Assembly (NCBI GenBank): GCA_036785375.1
Contig: JAWMAR010001356.1
Location: 124,001 to 188,000, forward strand
Length of the DNA stretch: 64,000 bases
Source: Leucoraja ocellata
Lineage: Eukaryota
Reading direction: 5' to 3'
Part shown: positions 26,693-39,507 of the stretch, one piece after another
Numbering within the stretch: the first letter of the stretch is position 1
Layout: every line of letters starts with the position of its first letter
Notes under the pieces: generated by a model
Seen by the model: the letters and a program-made list of their open reading frames with translations, nothing else
Told to the model about the DNA's origin: nothing
Database searches by the model: none
Translations under genes and position numbers: made by a program

Positions 26693-27919
26693 ATGGCTAC
26701 CCGAAAGCGACCAACAAGGAGGACTGCCTGCCCAACTCCACCCGAGGAGGGATCAATATCTGGGCGGCAGCCACCAGCGGCGGAGGAGCTGTTTGGACGC
26801 TCCCGCACACCCGACGCCGAGCCGCTCCCTGTGCCGCCGATTACGACGCCCCGCACAGGGAGAAAAGCAACCCGGAAAACAGACCGGCCGGTGGCCTCCG
26901 ACTCGTCGGCGGAAGGGGAACACTCTCCACCGGCGAAACGGGGAGACGGCCGCTTAAGCTGCATGAGGCAGCTGCTCGAGCAGATGCTTGAGGAGGAGAT
27001 GCAGGCAAGGCATCTCCAAGGAGGACGGGCTATGGCCTCCTCCAAACCATCGCCACACCCTTCTGTTTCCTCCTTGTTTGAGGTCAGTAAGGGAGGCCAG
27101 GACTGGGCTGGCCTATCACAAGGGCAGGCGGACGACACTGCAAGCATGCCAGGCGAGCTGGAGGAAGAAGAGCTACTGGGTGTAGTCAGCAGGTATGCGG
27201 CGCCCCCGAGGACCGGAATGATGCTACCACCAAGAATGGCGGCCAGTATAAACAGGCTCTCCAATAAGCCATTGCAGGAGAAAGTCATTCAAGAGGCCCT
27301 CGACACTTACACAGCGCCGGAAAACTGCGAGGCGCTGCGGGTAAAGACCGTAAACGGCCAAATATGGAACCAGCTGGGGCAGCATATCAGGACACAAGAG
27401 CTGAAGATGCAGCGTATCCTGAAGCTCCACACCGCAGCCATTACCGCCTTTGCTCGGTCCACCGGGAACGCAGAGCTCTCTACACCTCAGCAGGATGTGC
27501 TGGCCCTAATGTGTAACACACAGTATGAGCTCAACAGCCTAAGACGTGAAAACATCAGGCCTGCCCTCAACCCCAAATATGCGGGCCTCTGCAAAGCTCC
27601 GGCGCCAGAAAAGGAGGCGCTACTATTCGGGGCCGACTTGGCAAAAAGGCTCAAGGAACTGGAAGAGGCGGCCAAACCTGTAGGCCTCATGAGGGCAGCG
27701 CCAGGACCGAGCAGGGTGAAGACACCCAGTTGGCAGCACGCCTCGGCATCCACCAGCAGGTACCGAGCTGGTGAAAGCCTGGTGACCGCCTCCCACTACC
27801 CCCAGAGCTCTTTTTTAGAGCGGGGCCCAGGGCGGAGCCGTGGGAAGATACGCCGCCCCACCACAGCACCAACAAGGACACCCTCGGGCCAAACCCATCG
27901 CAAACGCTCCCAGAAATAA
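26693..27919 (+). CDS. DIRS gag-like ORF1 (408 aa, open)
   Basis: PENCEAL.V..VN..IW and ELNSLRRENIRPALNPKY..LLFG motifs shared with the other two DIRS copies. Confidence 0.85.
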   Translation: MATRKRPTRRTACPTPPEEGSISGRQPPAAEELFGRSRTPDAEPLPVPPITTPRTGRKATRKTDRPVASDSSAEGEHSPPAKRGDGRLSCMRQLLEQMLEEEMQARHLQGGRAMASSKPSPHPSVSSLFEVSKGGQDWAGLSQGQADDTASMPGELEEEELLGVVSRYAAPPRTGMMLPPRMAASINRLSNKPLQEKVIQEALDTYTAPENCEALRVKTVNGQIWNQLGQHIRTQELKMQRILKLHTAAITAFARSTGNAELSTPQQDVLALMCNTQYELNSLRRENIRPALNPKYAGLCKAPAPEKEALLFGADLAKRLKELEEAAKPVGLMRAAPGPSRVKTPSWQHASASTSRYRAGESLVTASHYPQSSFLERGPGRSRGKIRRPTTAPTRTPSGQTHRKRSQK

Positions 27920-27921
27920 AC

Positions 27922-29856
27922 ATGGAGGTAGGTGGGTCTGGTTCCTGTCGGCATACGCAGACAAAGGGTGTTGTATTAACAGGAGGGCGTTTAAGGTTCT
28001 TCAAACATGTTTGGTGCTCCTTTACTAGCAACAAGTTTATACTCAACAGTATCAGTGGATACAAATTTGAATTTAAACCAGGCATAGAACCGCCAGTTCA
28101 GCACATACCCCAAAGGGTATTCCTTCCCACAGAATCAGAAAAGGTAGAAGGACAAGCTGAACTAGATAGGCTCGTGTCCAAGGGCATCATAGAGAGGGCC
28201 AGACACGAGCCATTGTAATTTGTATCGAATATATTTATCAAAACTAAAAAAGATGGTGGATGTCGTATTATCATTGATTTGACATCACTAAATCAGTCTG
28301 TTGAGTATCAACATTTCAAAATGGAGACATTTGTTACTGCCAGACAGCTGATCTCCAAGGGATACTTCATGGCAAGCATAGATATTAAGGATGCTTACTA
28401 TTTAGTACCCATTCATAAGGATCATTTCAGATATCTGAAATTTATCTGGATGGGGCAACTATGGCAGTATAGAGCATTACCCAATGGTTTAACGACAGCT
28501 CCCAGATTATTTACTAAAATTCTCAAAGTGGCCATGAAAAAATTAAGAGAACAGAAACATTTAGTCATGGCCTATCTGGACGATGTTCTCATATTGGGAA
28601 GAACAAGGGAACTAGCTGTCGCAGGAGTTTTAGCTACTAAACAACTCCTTGAAACATTGGGATTTGTTCTACACCCAGATAAATCAATATTGAAGCCAAC
28701 AACTAACATGGATTACCTAGGCTTCACTATTGACACTATCCGTATGAATGTCACTCTGCCAAGAGACAAAAAGGCTACATTAACAGAAGCCTGTAACAAC
28801 TTAATCGCAAAAACGCAACCAAGGATCCGGCATGTAGCCAGAGTCATTGGTAGTATAGTAGCAGCATTCCCAGCTGCACAATATGGGCCCTTGCATTATC
28901 AAAATTTACAAAGAGCAAGGACACATGCACTACGTCTAAGTAGGGGGCATTATGACCGACCCATGGATTTACCCGCTGAAGCCAAATCAGAACTTCAGTG
29001 GTGGGTGGATAACATTTGGCACAGTTACAGTCCTATCGCCGTCACCAATCCTAACATAGCCATTACAACGGATGCCAGTGCTTTAGGCTGGGGAGCTACT
29101 AACTCTATATCCAGCACAGGTGGCAGATGGACTAATTCAGAGGCATCGCTACTACAATCGCTTGGCATAAATTATTTGGAGATGCTGGCCGCATTTTATG
29201 GGCTAAAAGCATATGCATCCGATATGCGGCATGTGCATGTCAGGTTAATGATTGATAACACGACGGCGGTGTCTTACATCCAGCACATGGGTGGCATAAA
29301 ATCAGTATCATGCGACAAATTGACTACTATAATCTGGCAATGGTGTGTCGAGAGACATATTTGGCTATCAGCTGCCTATTTACCAGGCAAGCTAAACACA
29401 GTGGCAGACACCAGGTCACGAAAATTCAATGACAACATCGAATGGATGTTAGACCCAAAAATATTTGCTAGAATTGTTAAGCAATACGGTACGCCAGATA
29501 TAGATTTGTTTGCGTCTAGATTAAATCACCAGCTACCCATGTATGTGGCTTGGGAACCAGACCCAGAGGCAGCAGCGGTAGATGCCTTCACGCTGGATTG
29601 GGGAAATTTCTTTTTCTATGCTTTCCCTCCCTTCTGCCTCATCAGCCGGGTACTCCAGAAAATACAAGCAGACTCAGCTTCAGGTATTCTGGTCGTACCC
29701 GACTGGCCTACCCAACCATGGTTCCCAGTCTTCCACGACATGGTGGTAGAGTCACCTATGGGTTTTCACAGCCACCCACAACTATTGACTCACCCGGTAT
29801 CCGGCATAAGCCATCCATGCCATCAAAAATTGAAACTCCTGGCTTCTAGGTTCTGA
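27922..29856 (+). pseudogene. DIRS RT-RNase H-N6-adenine methyltransferase ORF with one in-frame stop (28216-28218)
   Basis: HFKMET, DIKDAY, LPNGL, YLDD, TDAS..GWG, INYLE, DNTTAV, IDLFAS and YAFPPF motifs; both ORF pieces are in the same frame. Confidence 0.92.
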
Positions 29857-29873
29857 CCAGGCCTTACCAGGGA

Positions 29874-30826
29874 TTGGGGTTATCAGAACGAACAATCACC
29901 ACCATGTCGGCGTCCCTGCGAGTCTCTACCAAGAAGCAGTACTTGACCTACATCAGGAAATGGGAGCAGTACTGCTTGGATGCAGGGACATCATACAAGA
30001 CGGCCTCGATCACGGACGTGCTGGAATTCCTGGGCCACTTGCACCATGACCAAAAGATGAGCTACAGTGCCATCAATGCAGCACGGAGCGCCCTGTCCGC
30101 TTACCTTATGCCTACAGGACATCACAGCATTGGATCCCACCCTCTGGTTATAAAACTCCTCAAAGGGATTTATAATACTAAACCCCCTACACCCAGATAC
30201 ACCCATGTATGGGATGTAAGTGTAGTTTTGTCACACCTTAGAGGTTGGCCTCCGGTGGGATCCTTGAGTCTGGAGCAGTCCACTATCAAGACCCTCATGC
30301 TCATGGCGCTCGTCTCTGCACAAAGGGTTCAGTCGCTGCATCAACTAAGACTGGACAACATGATAACCACCCAGATTCCATTACATTTACCATGCCGGGG
30401 TTGGTTAAACAAAGCAGGCCAGGTATATCCAACTCTCCGTTAATCTTCCGGGCCTACCCTCCAGAACCTAGGCTGTGTGTAGTGACCCATCTATACGACT
30501 ACGTAGACACAACCCAAACACTTAGAGGGAGTGAAAAAGCCTTATGGGTCAGCCACAAAAAGCCTTTTGGACGGGTTACCAGCCAGACAATATTTAGGTG
30601 GTTGAAACAGGTCCTAAAAACCGCGGGGATTAACACGGATGTTTTTAAATCCCATTCAACCAGGGCAGCGTCCACGTCAGCGGCGGAACGGATGCAGGTT
30701 CCCATAGACCACATCCTTAGTACAGCGGGATGGTCAAGGGAATCAACGTTCCAAAAATTCTACCACAAACCGCTGATGGAGAAGGACGTGTTTGCGGAGA
30801 AAATTTTAGAATCTGCAAACTTATAA
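29874..30826 (+). pseudogene. DIRS tyrosine recombinase, one frameshift at ~30370
   Basis: ALVSAQRVQSL..HSTR..AGW..TFQKFY catalytic pattern. Confidence 0.92.
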
Positions 30827-31569
30827 TTTAAAGCCCAGGGGAGCTATTTTTTGTTATTGTTAAATAAACAATTTTGTTTCAAAAAACTAACAAATTCGTT
30901 GGTCTTTAGATACCACTTCCTCCCTCGATGAACTTCGGCAGTGAGTGATATAGCTGTTACACGGTTTGAAATCACAGACCTTTGAAGTCTTCACGTAGTC
31001 ACTCACGTGACTCCGAAGTAAAATAGTGAGATTAAACGAGTACTTACCAGTACGAAGTTTGATCTGTATTTTATGAGGAGTTACGATGAGGGATTACGTG
31101 CCCTCCGCTCCCACCCTCGTTGTATAGATCAAACTCGAGCTGATGTCTCATTAATCTTTACTATCTTTACTTCAATATTGTGTCTACCTGTGATTCCACA
31201 CCGCTGCTTGGAAGTATGCCGCGCCTGCGCACTGGGTGGGTTCTTCACGTAATCCCTCATCGTAACTCCTCATAAAATACAGATCAAACTTCGTACTGGT
31301 AAGTACTCGTTTAATCTCACTACTAAACGCCACAGCATTCTGGACCCAGAGTTAAATGGCCCACTTCTTCATGGGGACAATCTATAATTGTGACACTTTA
31401 TTCTTGTTCTGTAGGTTCCACTTAGTTGTGCTTAGAATTAGGTTGATTTAATTGAATTGATGATATAGGCTGTTTCTGCTCTACTCTCCTGAACACATTC
31501 AGCATCATGTGCATCAAAGGAGCCATTACGTTCTCATATCATTAATATATAGATGTTCCTCTCTCATTC

Positions 31570-31959
31570 NNNNNNNNNNNNNNNNNNNNNNNNNNNNNNN
31601 NNNNNNNNNNNNNNNNNNNNNNNNNNNNNNNNNNNNNNNNNNNNNNNNNNNNNNNNNNNNNNNNNNNNNNNNNNNNNNNNNNNNNNNNNNNNNNNNNNNN
31701 NNNNNNNNNNNNNNNNNNNNNNNNNNNNNNNNNNNNNNNNNNNNNNNNNNNNNNNNNNNNNNNNNNNNNNNNNNNNNNNNNNNNNNNNNNNNNNNNNNNN
31801 NNNNNNNNNNNNNNNNNNNNNNNNNNNNNNNNNNNNNNNNNNNNNNNNNNNNNNNNNNNNNNNNNNNNNNNNNNNNNNNNNNNNNNNNNNNNNNNNNNNN
31901 NNNNNNNNNNNNNNNNNNNNNNNNNNNNNNNNNNNNNNNNNNNNNNNNNNNNNNNNNNN
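31570..31959. other. Assembly gap
   Basis: N run. Confidence 1.
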
Positions 31960-32545
31960 GTGGGTGAGAGTGGGTGTGTGTTTGCTTTGTTAAATCCTCG
32001 TGCAATAGTGTCCATATATATTGAGTACATGGCACAATGTAAATGTTTCGTGTGATTTTACAGATGGGCGTTCATATAAAACAGTGAATGTGCATTTCAA
32101 TCTGTCTGTGGAATTAGAAATGTGCGCAGAAATATGCGTGACAGACGCACGGCAAAATGCACGTCTCCTCGTGCGGGCGGAGGAAGGTGAGTAGCTACCT
32201 ATATCTCGGAGCGGCAGGCTCTACAAAGCGCAACGTCTGAGATCCTGCCTCAGGTTTGAATGGATTGGAAACAAGAGAAGGAGGGAAACGGAGATCCAAA
32301 GACATGGACCCATATCTGGCCAGCAAGAGCAATAATGTTGAAGTGTGGCCGCGATGTGTGCAGGGGTGCAGCTGTGACTTATCTCCTAAACCCCGATGTT
32401 ACTGTGCAGTCTGAATCCGGTTTCCATCAATTATCGCCAAGATTTTCAAGTATCAACGTTACTATATAGTCATCGTTTTGACAGAATGTTTTATATAATT
32501 AATTGGGTGGTCATGTGATCAGCTCAAGATTGGAGGTTAAAGATA

Positions 32546-32561
32546 TTTATTAGTATTTATT
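32546..32561 (-). promoter_or_regulatory. Two tandem AATAAA signals for secreted IgM mRNA
   Basis: tttatt at 32546-32551 and 32556-32561, ~30-40 nt past the stop codon. Confidence 0.85.
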
Positions 32562-32588
32562 GCAGAGACATTTGAAACTAATTAATTC

Positions 32589-32980
32589 TCATTGACAGGA
32601 ATTGACAGTGTCCATCAATACAAGGGAAACATTGACAAAACTGGGTTTACCGCTGGACTTATTGACCGTTCTGACGATGGTCTTCATGGGGAGTGCTTCG
32701 TGCCCCACTAGACAGGAGAAGGAGGCTCCGCTAGCCCACTCCTCTGCCCCAATGGATAACAGGCTGTAGGTGAAGAAGGTATCATTGCCGTTCTCCGCCA
32801 CCACCTCTGTGTTCTTGTACTTGCTCTCATCCACCCGCTTGTCATCAAGTGTCCACGTGACAAAGACCCTGCGAGGGGAGAATCCTCTCACAAAGCAGGT
32901 GAGGGTGATAGTCTTGTGCGCGGAGATTTCTTCTGTCGGCGGCAGAAGGACTGAGACGGACGGTGGCAGCAGATGTTGAC
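32589..32980 (-). CDS. ighm: IgM Cmu4 exon plus secretory tailpiece (internal membrane-form donor after 32651)
   Basis: ccgtag|GT acceptor. [46 protein letters not shown] with the tailpiece N-x-S site and penultimate Cys. Internal donor AGCG|gtaaa. Confidence 0.95.
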
Positions 32981-33494
32981 CTACGGAACAATTCAAATGG
33001 CGTTTATTATACAAGACGGTTAAAGCGATTAAAAGCTAAATTATCCGTACGTCAGTAAACTGCCAACAGACAGTATTAACGGCATTGCATTCCCCTTTAG
33101 TGCCTTGTCTCTTTGTTCAGACATAAACACCTGAATGTGCGTCTCTCCTGTGCACGGCAGAGGATTTGTATAAATCACTTCACACACTCACAACACGAGA
33201 TCAAGCCATTCGCCCTCTCTGATCCGTGTTATTTCTGATGACCATGGTCGTCTCCTGCACCTTTTGTCATTTATTACTAATTTATTTCTACCTTGGTTCA
33301 TCTGTCTCATTTAATTCCCAAGAGCAACTGAATGCGACTTTATTAAACCATGGCAGGAGTAGTCAGTGGATGCCAGCGGAGAACGTTGAGCATACAAAGT
33401 GATGCTTTTTGAAGTACGTTTTCAAAATTGATGCAAATGATGGAATTCTAAAATGAATTCAGGGATCGCAGGAAACAATGAACACGTTATACGA

Positions 33495-34022
33495 GCCCAA
33501 TTATAGGAAGGATGTAAACAAAATAGAGAGAGTACAGAGGAGATTTACTAGAATGTTGCCTGGGTTTCAGCAACTAAGTTACAGAGAAAGGTTGAACAAG
33601 TTAGGTCTTTATTCTTTGGAGCGCAGAAGGTTAAGGGGGCACTTGATAGAGGTCTTTAAAATGATGAGAGGGATAGACAGAGTTGACGTGGATAAGCTTT
33701 TCCCATTGAGAGTAGGGACGATTCAAACAAGGGGACATGACTTGAGAATTAAGGGACAGAAGTTTAGGGGTAACATGAGGGGGAACTTCTTTACTCAGAG
33801 AGTGGTAGCTGTGTGGAATGAGCTTCCGGTGGAAGTGGTGGAGGCAGGAAGGTTCAATTTTATCATTTAAAAATAAATTGGATAGGTATGTGGATGGGAA
33901 AGGAATGGAGGATTATAGTCTGAGTGCAGGTAGATGGGACTAGGGGAGATTATGTCTTCGGCACGGACTTGTAGGGCTGAGATGGCCTGTTTCCGTGCTG
34001 TGATTGTTATATGGTTATATGG
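33495..34022 (+). mobile_element. 5'-truncated CR1 in the Cmu3-Cmu4 intron
   Basis: Matches the 3' end of the 19462-24128 family. Confidence 0.92.
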
Positions 34023-34784
34023 TGTGTACGCAAAAATACAGTAAGAGATGCTTTTGTATGATGTGGGATATTACAGAGATTATGTTGGAGGGAGTTGAGA
34101 GGGGAAAGGGAATTTTGAAATGGGCATTTTGACCTGGACACTACAAGCAAAATGGAAAACAAAACATTCCTAGGCTCTTTGACTGCGGCCTTCCTCGGCG
34201 TTATATCTAATCCCTCCGAATGTCTGTGTAGATGCAGACCATTGGAATCAATATTAAATGATCTACATTAAGGTGTCATCTTTCCGATATACGGCATTTG
34301 AAGGTTATTTTGTTTTAAATTTCGAGTAATTCATTTCATGTGCCTAGCTCCGAAACGGGCATTTCTGCTACAAGTGAGAGTATCTGCGATTTACTCCCGC
34401 CATCACCACATGGTAATTTGGTAGGCAAACCCATATTCCTGCAAGTAACAACACTGTGGGCTATTTAACAAACGCTGCAATGCTCTGAATACCCATATTG
34501 TACCATAGACCAGAGTCAACTTGGCCGCACGCTGACTCTCGCTGCAAATTATCATCGATGTTTCCAGTAACCTGTCCGCACCTCATATTCATGCAAAGTG
34601 ATCTCGTATTCTCTCTTTTCCAGCTCTGACAAAGGACTCAGTGAAGTCTCAGCACGATTTCATTTTGTATAGATATTGCTTCGCCGATGGAGTGATCTCA
34701 ATCATTAATTTCAGCTTTATCTCAGAAGAAATGTGGACCAGTCACCTCTGGCCCACAGAACCTCTCTGCAGCTACACAGCTCAC

Positions 34785-35084
34785 CTTTCTTCCAGTTGAT
34801 TCGTCCAGTTTTTGGAGTCGGCATATCATAATGGCTCACCACGCATTCGAAATAATCCCCACTCAGCCAGTCACGAGTTGAAATGTTGACTTTGCTCTCT
34901 ACGATATCTGCATGTCCTGTGGGCTGGATCTCTGAATCCAAAGGTTTCTTTTTGTGGTTCCAAGATACTGTGATATCATAAGGTGCATCGGATACCCGGC
35001 AGGTTAATGTTACGGTCATCTCCATTAACTCTTGTTCAACAGGTGGAGGAAGGATTGTAATCTTCAGTTCGCAGGAACTATCAC
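34785..35084 (-). CDS. ighm: IgM heavy chain constant exon Cmu3
   Basis: ccacag|GT acceptor and AAAG|gtgag donor, 300 nt. ILPPPVEQ..VTLTCRVSDAPY..VSW..VNISTRDWLSG..FECVVSH.DMPTP, typical of elasmobranch Cmu3. Confidence 0.92.
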
Positions 35085-35339
35085 CTGTGGCACAACAATT
35101 AATGTAAACATAAGCATTTGCAGGAGTAACCAGGATCGAAGGTTTACACCAATCATCTGCCCCCAAAACTTGAATGTGTACATGACCCCTTCTGAGTAGT
35201 GATTCTATGACCATGGGTCCTAAATCGTCATGAACTGACTTTTGTCTCTGTGCAGAGAACGACACAATAAATGAAATGGGAGATGGCATCATGGGCTATA
35301 CCGCGATATGCACTCAATGCTGGAGTACTGTAACGCACA

Positions 35340-36350
35340 CCACTTCATCCAAGGACCCCGACAGTCCTTTCAGATGAGGCAGAGGTTCACTTGCACCTCC
35401 ACCAACCACTGTATCCGCTGTTGTAGATGTGGGTTCCTGTACATCGGTGAATCAAAGCGCAGACTGTGGCGGTCGTTTCATTGAACACCTTCGCTCTGCC
35501 CGCCTTGCCCTAGGCCAGTGATTCCCAACCTGGGGCCAAATGGCATGGCAAATTTCAGGGGTGGCCACAGAAAAATGTTGGCATTTAGGGGGCCACAGGT
35601 TCAATGAAGGGGGCCACAGAGCTACCACCCTGTTGCCTCCTAAATTTCAGTTCTAATAAATTTAAATCTATGTAGTTGAAATATTTTTGATGTTTGAGGA
35701 ATAGAATAAAAGAGAATATATGTGCAATTAATAGACACTGATATTTTTATGGAAGGTATTATAATATTGAAGTACTTTTTTTCCGCTAATAATGTCAGGG
35801 GCAACAGAAAAATTAAAAGATCCCAAGGGGGCCATGAGCTAAAAAAGGTTGGGAACCACTGCCCTAGGCGATCACCAGCTTGCCAAACACATTAAAACCC
35901 CCCTCCATTCCCACACTGTTCTTCCTGTCCTGGGCTTCCTCCACTGTGAGAGTGAAGCTAAACGCAAATTGGAGGAACAACACCTCATATTTCGCTTCAG
36001 CAACCTAGTACTCAGAGGTATCAATATTGACTTTTCTAATTTCAAGTAACCTTTGCATTCCATCTCTCTCCAGCCGCCTCCCACCCTCGTCATCCGACTA
36101 GTTTCACTCCGGTCCTGTTTCGTTTCACTCTGTATCTACTCGTTATCACCATTTCTAGAGCAATAACGGATCAATGTGGCCTCGACCTTTCCTTGTTCAT
36201 CTTTGCTGGCTTTGATTTGTTCTTTTCATACCTTTCATTCATGTGTTTGTACATTCTCATACCTCTAGTTTCCCTCTCCTCTCATTCCAAGTCGGAAGAA
36301 GAGCCTCGACCTGAATCGTCACCTATTTCTTTTCTCTGCAGATGCCTAAC
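35340..36350 (+). mobile_element. Decayed Penelope-like GIY-YIG fragment
   Basis: QRFTCTS..YIGESKRRL..RKLEEQHLIFR. Confidence 0.8.
35516..35861. mobile_element. hAT (Charlie-like) MITE
   Basis: TIRs cagtgattcccaacct / aggttgggaaccactg; 8-bp TSD ccctaggc. Confidence 0.9.
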
Positions 36351-36372
36351 CTGCTGTTACTGCGGAATTATG

Positions 36373-36988
36373 TTTGAGTATAGAAGCTGGGATGTAATGT
36401 TAAAATTGTACAAGGCATTTGTGAGACCAAATCTGGAGTATGGTGTACAATTTTGGTCGCCCAATTATAGGAAGGATGTCAACAAAATAGAGAGAGTACA
36501 GAGGAGATTTACTAGAATGTTGCCTGGGTTTCAACAACTAAGTTACAGAGAAAGGTTGAATAAGTTAGGTCTTTATTCTCTGGAGCGCAGAAAGTTAAGG
36601 GGGGACTTGATAGAGGTCTTTAAAATGATGAGAGGGATAGACAGAGTTGATGTGGACAAGCTTTTCCCTTTGAGAATAGGGAAGATTCAAACAAGAGGAC
36701 ATGACTTCAGAATTAAGGGACAGAAGTTTAGGGGTAACATGAGGGGGAACTTCTTTACTCAGAGAGTGGTAGCGGTGTGGAATGAGCTTCCAGTGGAAGT
36801 GGTGGAGGCAGGTTCGTTGGTATCATTTATAAATAAATTGGATAGGCATATGGATGAGAAGGGAATGGAGGGTTATGGTATGAGTGCAGGCAGGTGGGAC
36901 TAAGGGAAAAAAAGTTGTTCGGCACGGACTTGTAGGGCTGAGATGGCCTGTTTCCGTGCTGTAATTGTTATATGGTTATATGGTTATA
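36373..36988 (+). mobile_element. 5'-truncated CR1 in the Cmu2-Cmu3 intron
   Basis: Near-identical to 23508-24120. Confidence 0.93.
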
Positions 36989-37118
36989 ATTGTGGTGTAA
37001 ACCAGCATCTGTACTTCCTTCCTACACATAGACTTTCACAATGACAGTGAAGTACTGCCACCGTGAGCACTAATGTTTACACTAATATCCCGAGACATAC
37101 CACGGATGTATTTCTTAC

Positions 37119-37436
37119 CTTGAGGTATACTGATGTTTTGGCTTTTCAAATCGTTTTCATGGTGGACTTGGCAGGTATAGACGGAACCTTTGAACCACTC
37201 TCCAGCTGGGAATGTCAACTGGCTGGTCGCCGAGAAGTTATCGTTACCGTTCACCTGGAAGGCGGGAGAGGTGACGATGCCAGAATCCAATGACTCGCCA
37301 TTCTTCAGCCAGGTCACAGTAAATTTTGCTGGAGTGAAATCGTTGACCAAACACACGGCGATCGCTATTCTGCTGAGCTTGATTTCATCAAGGGCACTTA
37401 TGGTAATGGAGACGTTAGGATGATGTACCACGCGGT
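37119..37436 (-). CDS. ighm: IgM heavy chain constant exon Cmu2
   Basis: ttttctttcag|AC acceptor and CAAG|gtaag donor, phase 1-1, 318 nt. Ig C1-set domain (D)RVVHHPNV..VCLVNDFTP..VTWLKNG..FSATSQL..EWF..YTCQVHH, matching shark Cmu2 as I recall it. Confidence 0.9.
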
Positions 37437-37861
37437 CTGAAAGAAAATAAACTTCATTGGAATTGCTCATAAACTATCGTTGATTAATAATGACACCCAA
37501 TATTTTGACCAAAAAAAACAAACAAAAAAAACAAAATTTCACTTTTTCTGATTAAAAGTAGCCAGGACTTGGACTTCCTGAGATGCTGCTAAATTATTTG
37601 TTTATCGCGGTACATCGAGTGCTCGTAAATGTGGACATTATAGCTCGGTAAGTCGTTGTCACAGGGATGTGATGGGGCCGACTTCTGCTTTTGTTCTCTG
37701 TGACTGTGTCTGTGCTTTTAATACTCTTGATAATGTTCTCAACATGATGCACTCAGCCGCTTCGATTGTTCGCGAGGTAAAATGTAACCTATCTATGGAT
37801 AGACCAGTTCCTCACGAATTATATGGATGTGCTGGTGATGATAATACATTAATCAGTCCTT

Positions 37862-38923
37862 TTCAATTCAATTCAATTCAATTCAATTCAACTTTAATGT
37901 CATCGCACAAATACAAGTATCAGTACAACGAAATGCAGTTTTGCGTCAGTCCGTAGTAGTTGTACATAAAGAGAAAAAACAAGAAAAAAATAGAAAGAGA
38001 GAAGATACAGAATAATCAGGAAATACAGAATGATTAAACAAAGGGGGACGGAGGGACCAGAGAAATCTATCGTCGGGACTCCGAGTTCAGCAGTGTGATT
38101 GTGTTGTTATAGAAGCTTTTCCTCATCCTGCTGGTACGTGACCTGAGGCTCCTGTACCGCCTCCCTGATGGGAGGAGGGCAAACAGTCCATGGTTGGGGT
38201 GTGAGGGGTCTTTGATGATCTTCCCAGCCCGTCTCAGACACCGTTTTCGGTGGAGGGCATCCATGGCAGGGAGCAGAGCACCGATGATATACTGAGCGGT
38301 TTTCACCACCCGTTGTAGTGCTTTCCTGTCCGCAGCAGTGCAACTGCTGTACCATACCGTGAAGCAGGTGGTCAGGATACTCTCTATGGTACAGCGGTAA
38401 AAGTTGGTCAGGATCTGGGGGGACAGGTGGGCTTTCTTGAGCCTCCTAAGGAAGTAAAGGCGCTGCTGTGCCTTTTTGATCAGCTTGGAGGTGTTGAGGG
38501 ACCAGGACAAGTCCTCCGAGATATGCACTCCGAGGAATTTATAGCTGGAGACGCGCTCCACCTCAGTCCCGTTGATATGGATGGCGGTATGACTGCCTCC
38601 TCTGGTCTGCCTGAAGTCGACAATAATCTCCTTCGTCTTTTTGGAGTTGAGGATGAGGTTATTGTCGGCACACCAGGTGGTCAGGTGCTGGATCTCATCC
38701 CTGTAGGCTGACTCATCGTTGTCGCTGATCAGTCCTACTACCGTGGTATCGTCAGCAAACTTAATAATGGCGTTGGATCCGTACTGTGGGATGCAGTCGT
38801 GCGTGAAGAGGGAGTAGAGGAGAGGGCTGAGCACACAGCCCTGTGGCACGCCGGTGTTCAGTGTTATAGTGGAGGAAGTGAGGTTATTGACCCTAACAGA
38901 CTGTGGTCTGTTAGTGAGGAAGC
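37862..38923 (-). mobile_element. 5'-truncated Rex1/Babar LINE (RT)
   Basis: PQGCVLSPLLYSLFTHDC and KFADD motifs; (ttgaa)n tail. Confidence 0.93.
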
Positions 38924-39507
38924 TCTCTACAAGTACATTTTTGTTTTTTTATGATTTTGTAGATGGTGAATTGTCTCGATATTTGAAGCACCGCCTTTCG
39001 TTCCGTCACAAGAACGAACGCCAGTGCTTCAGTATTACGAATATCGCTCTCGCCCCTCGGTGCCAGGAAACAAAACTCACCGTTTTATCGAAACAACAAC
39101 AGCAGATGTTGTTTGATTAAAAAATAAGCAAAGGGCTGGAATAATTTGGCGGATAAGGCATGTGTCACTTTCTATTGAGACTTTAAGCCTTTGGTAGTTA
39201 AATTGAGAATGGAGTTTTATCAGTGTTCCAGATGTTACATGGCATCTGTGGATGCAGCCACACTTTCACATCACTGTATCGACATGAATTGTCTGTCTTT
39301 GACTTGTTGGATCGTGGAGCTCAGATGAGCGTTCGACAGTCATTATGACATGAAGAATAAAACCGAACAGGGCACATTAAGTCAAGTACTTATCTCCAAT
39401 TGTCAAATCCTGTGAATTATATGGGTTGCATCATGGCCTGTTTCGGGAACATCCAGGAGCGGAGAAGGCTGCAAAATGTTGGAACCACTGGCCAATCCAT
39501 AACGGGT

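Larger units (their letters stand above)
26510..31322 (+). mobile_element. Near-complete DIRS1-type tyrosine-recombinase retrotransposon in the Cmu4-TM1 intron
   Basis: Inverted terminal repeats; internal complementary region ~30988-31099 complementary to both termini; gag, RT/RNH/MT and YR ORFs. Confidence 0.95.

Noticed and set aside
25569-32035. ORFs made of X
   Set aside because: Assembly gaps.
32130-32200. CpG-rich patch with a + strand donor (gaag|gtgagt)
   Set aside because: No partner exon or other support.
33431-33438. Perfect Ig octamer ATGCAAAT in the Cmu3-Cmu4 intron
   Set aside because: A single 8-mer is expected by chance in 64 kb, and there is no promoter or leader context.
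32589-37436. Assignment as IgW, IgNAR or IgM1gj
   Set aside because: The three domains match Cmu2, Cmu3 and Cmu4 in order. IgM1gj lacks Cmu2, not Cmu1. This rests on recalled sequences; a phylogeny would confirm it.
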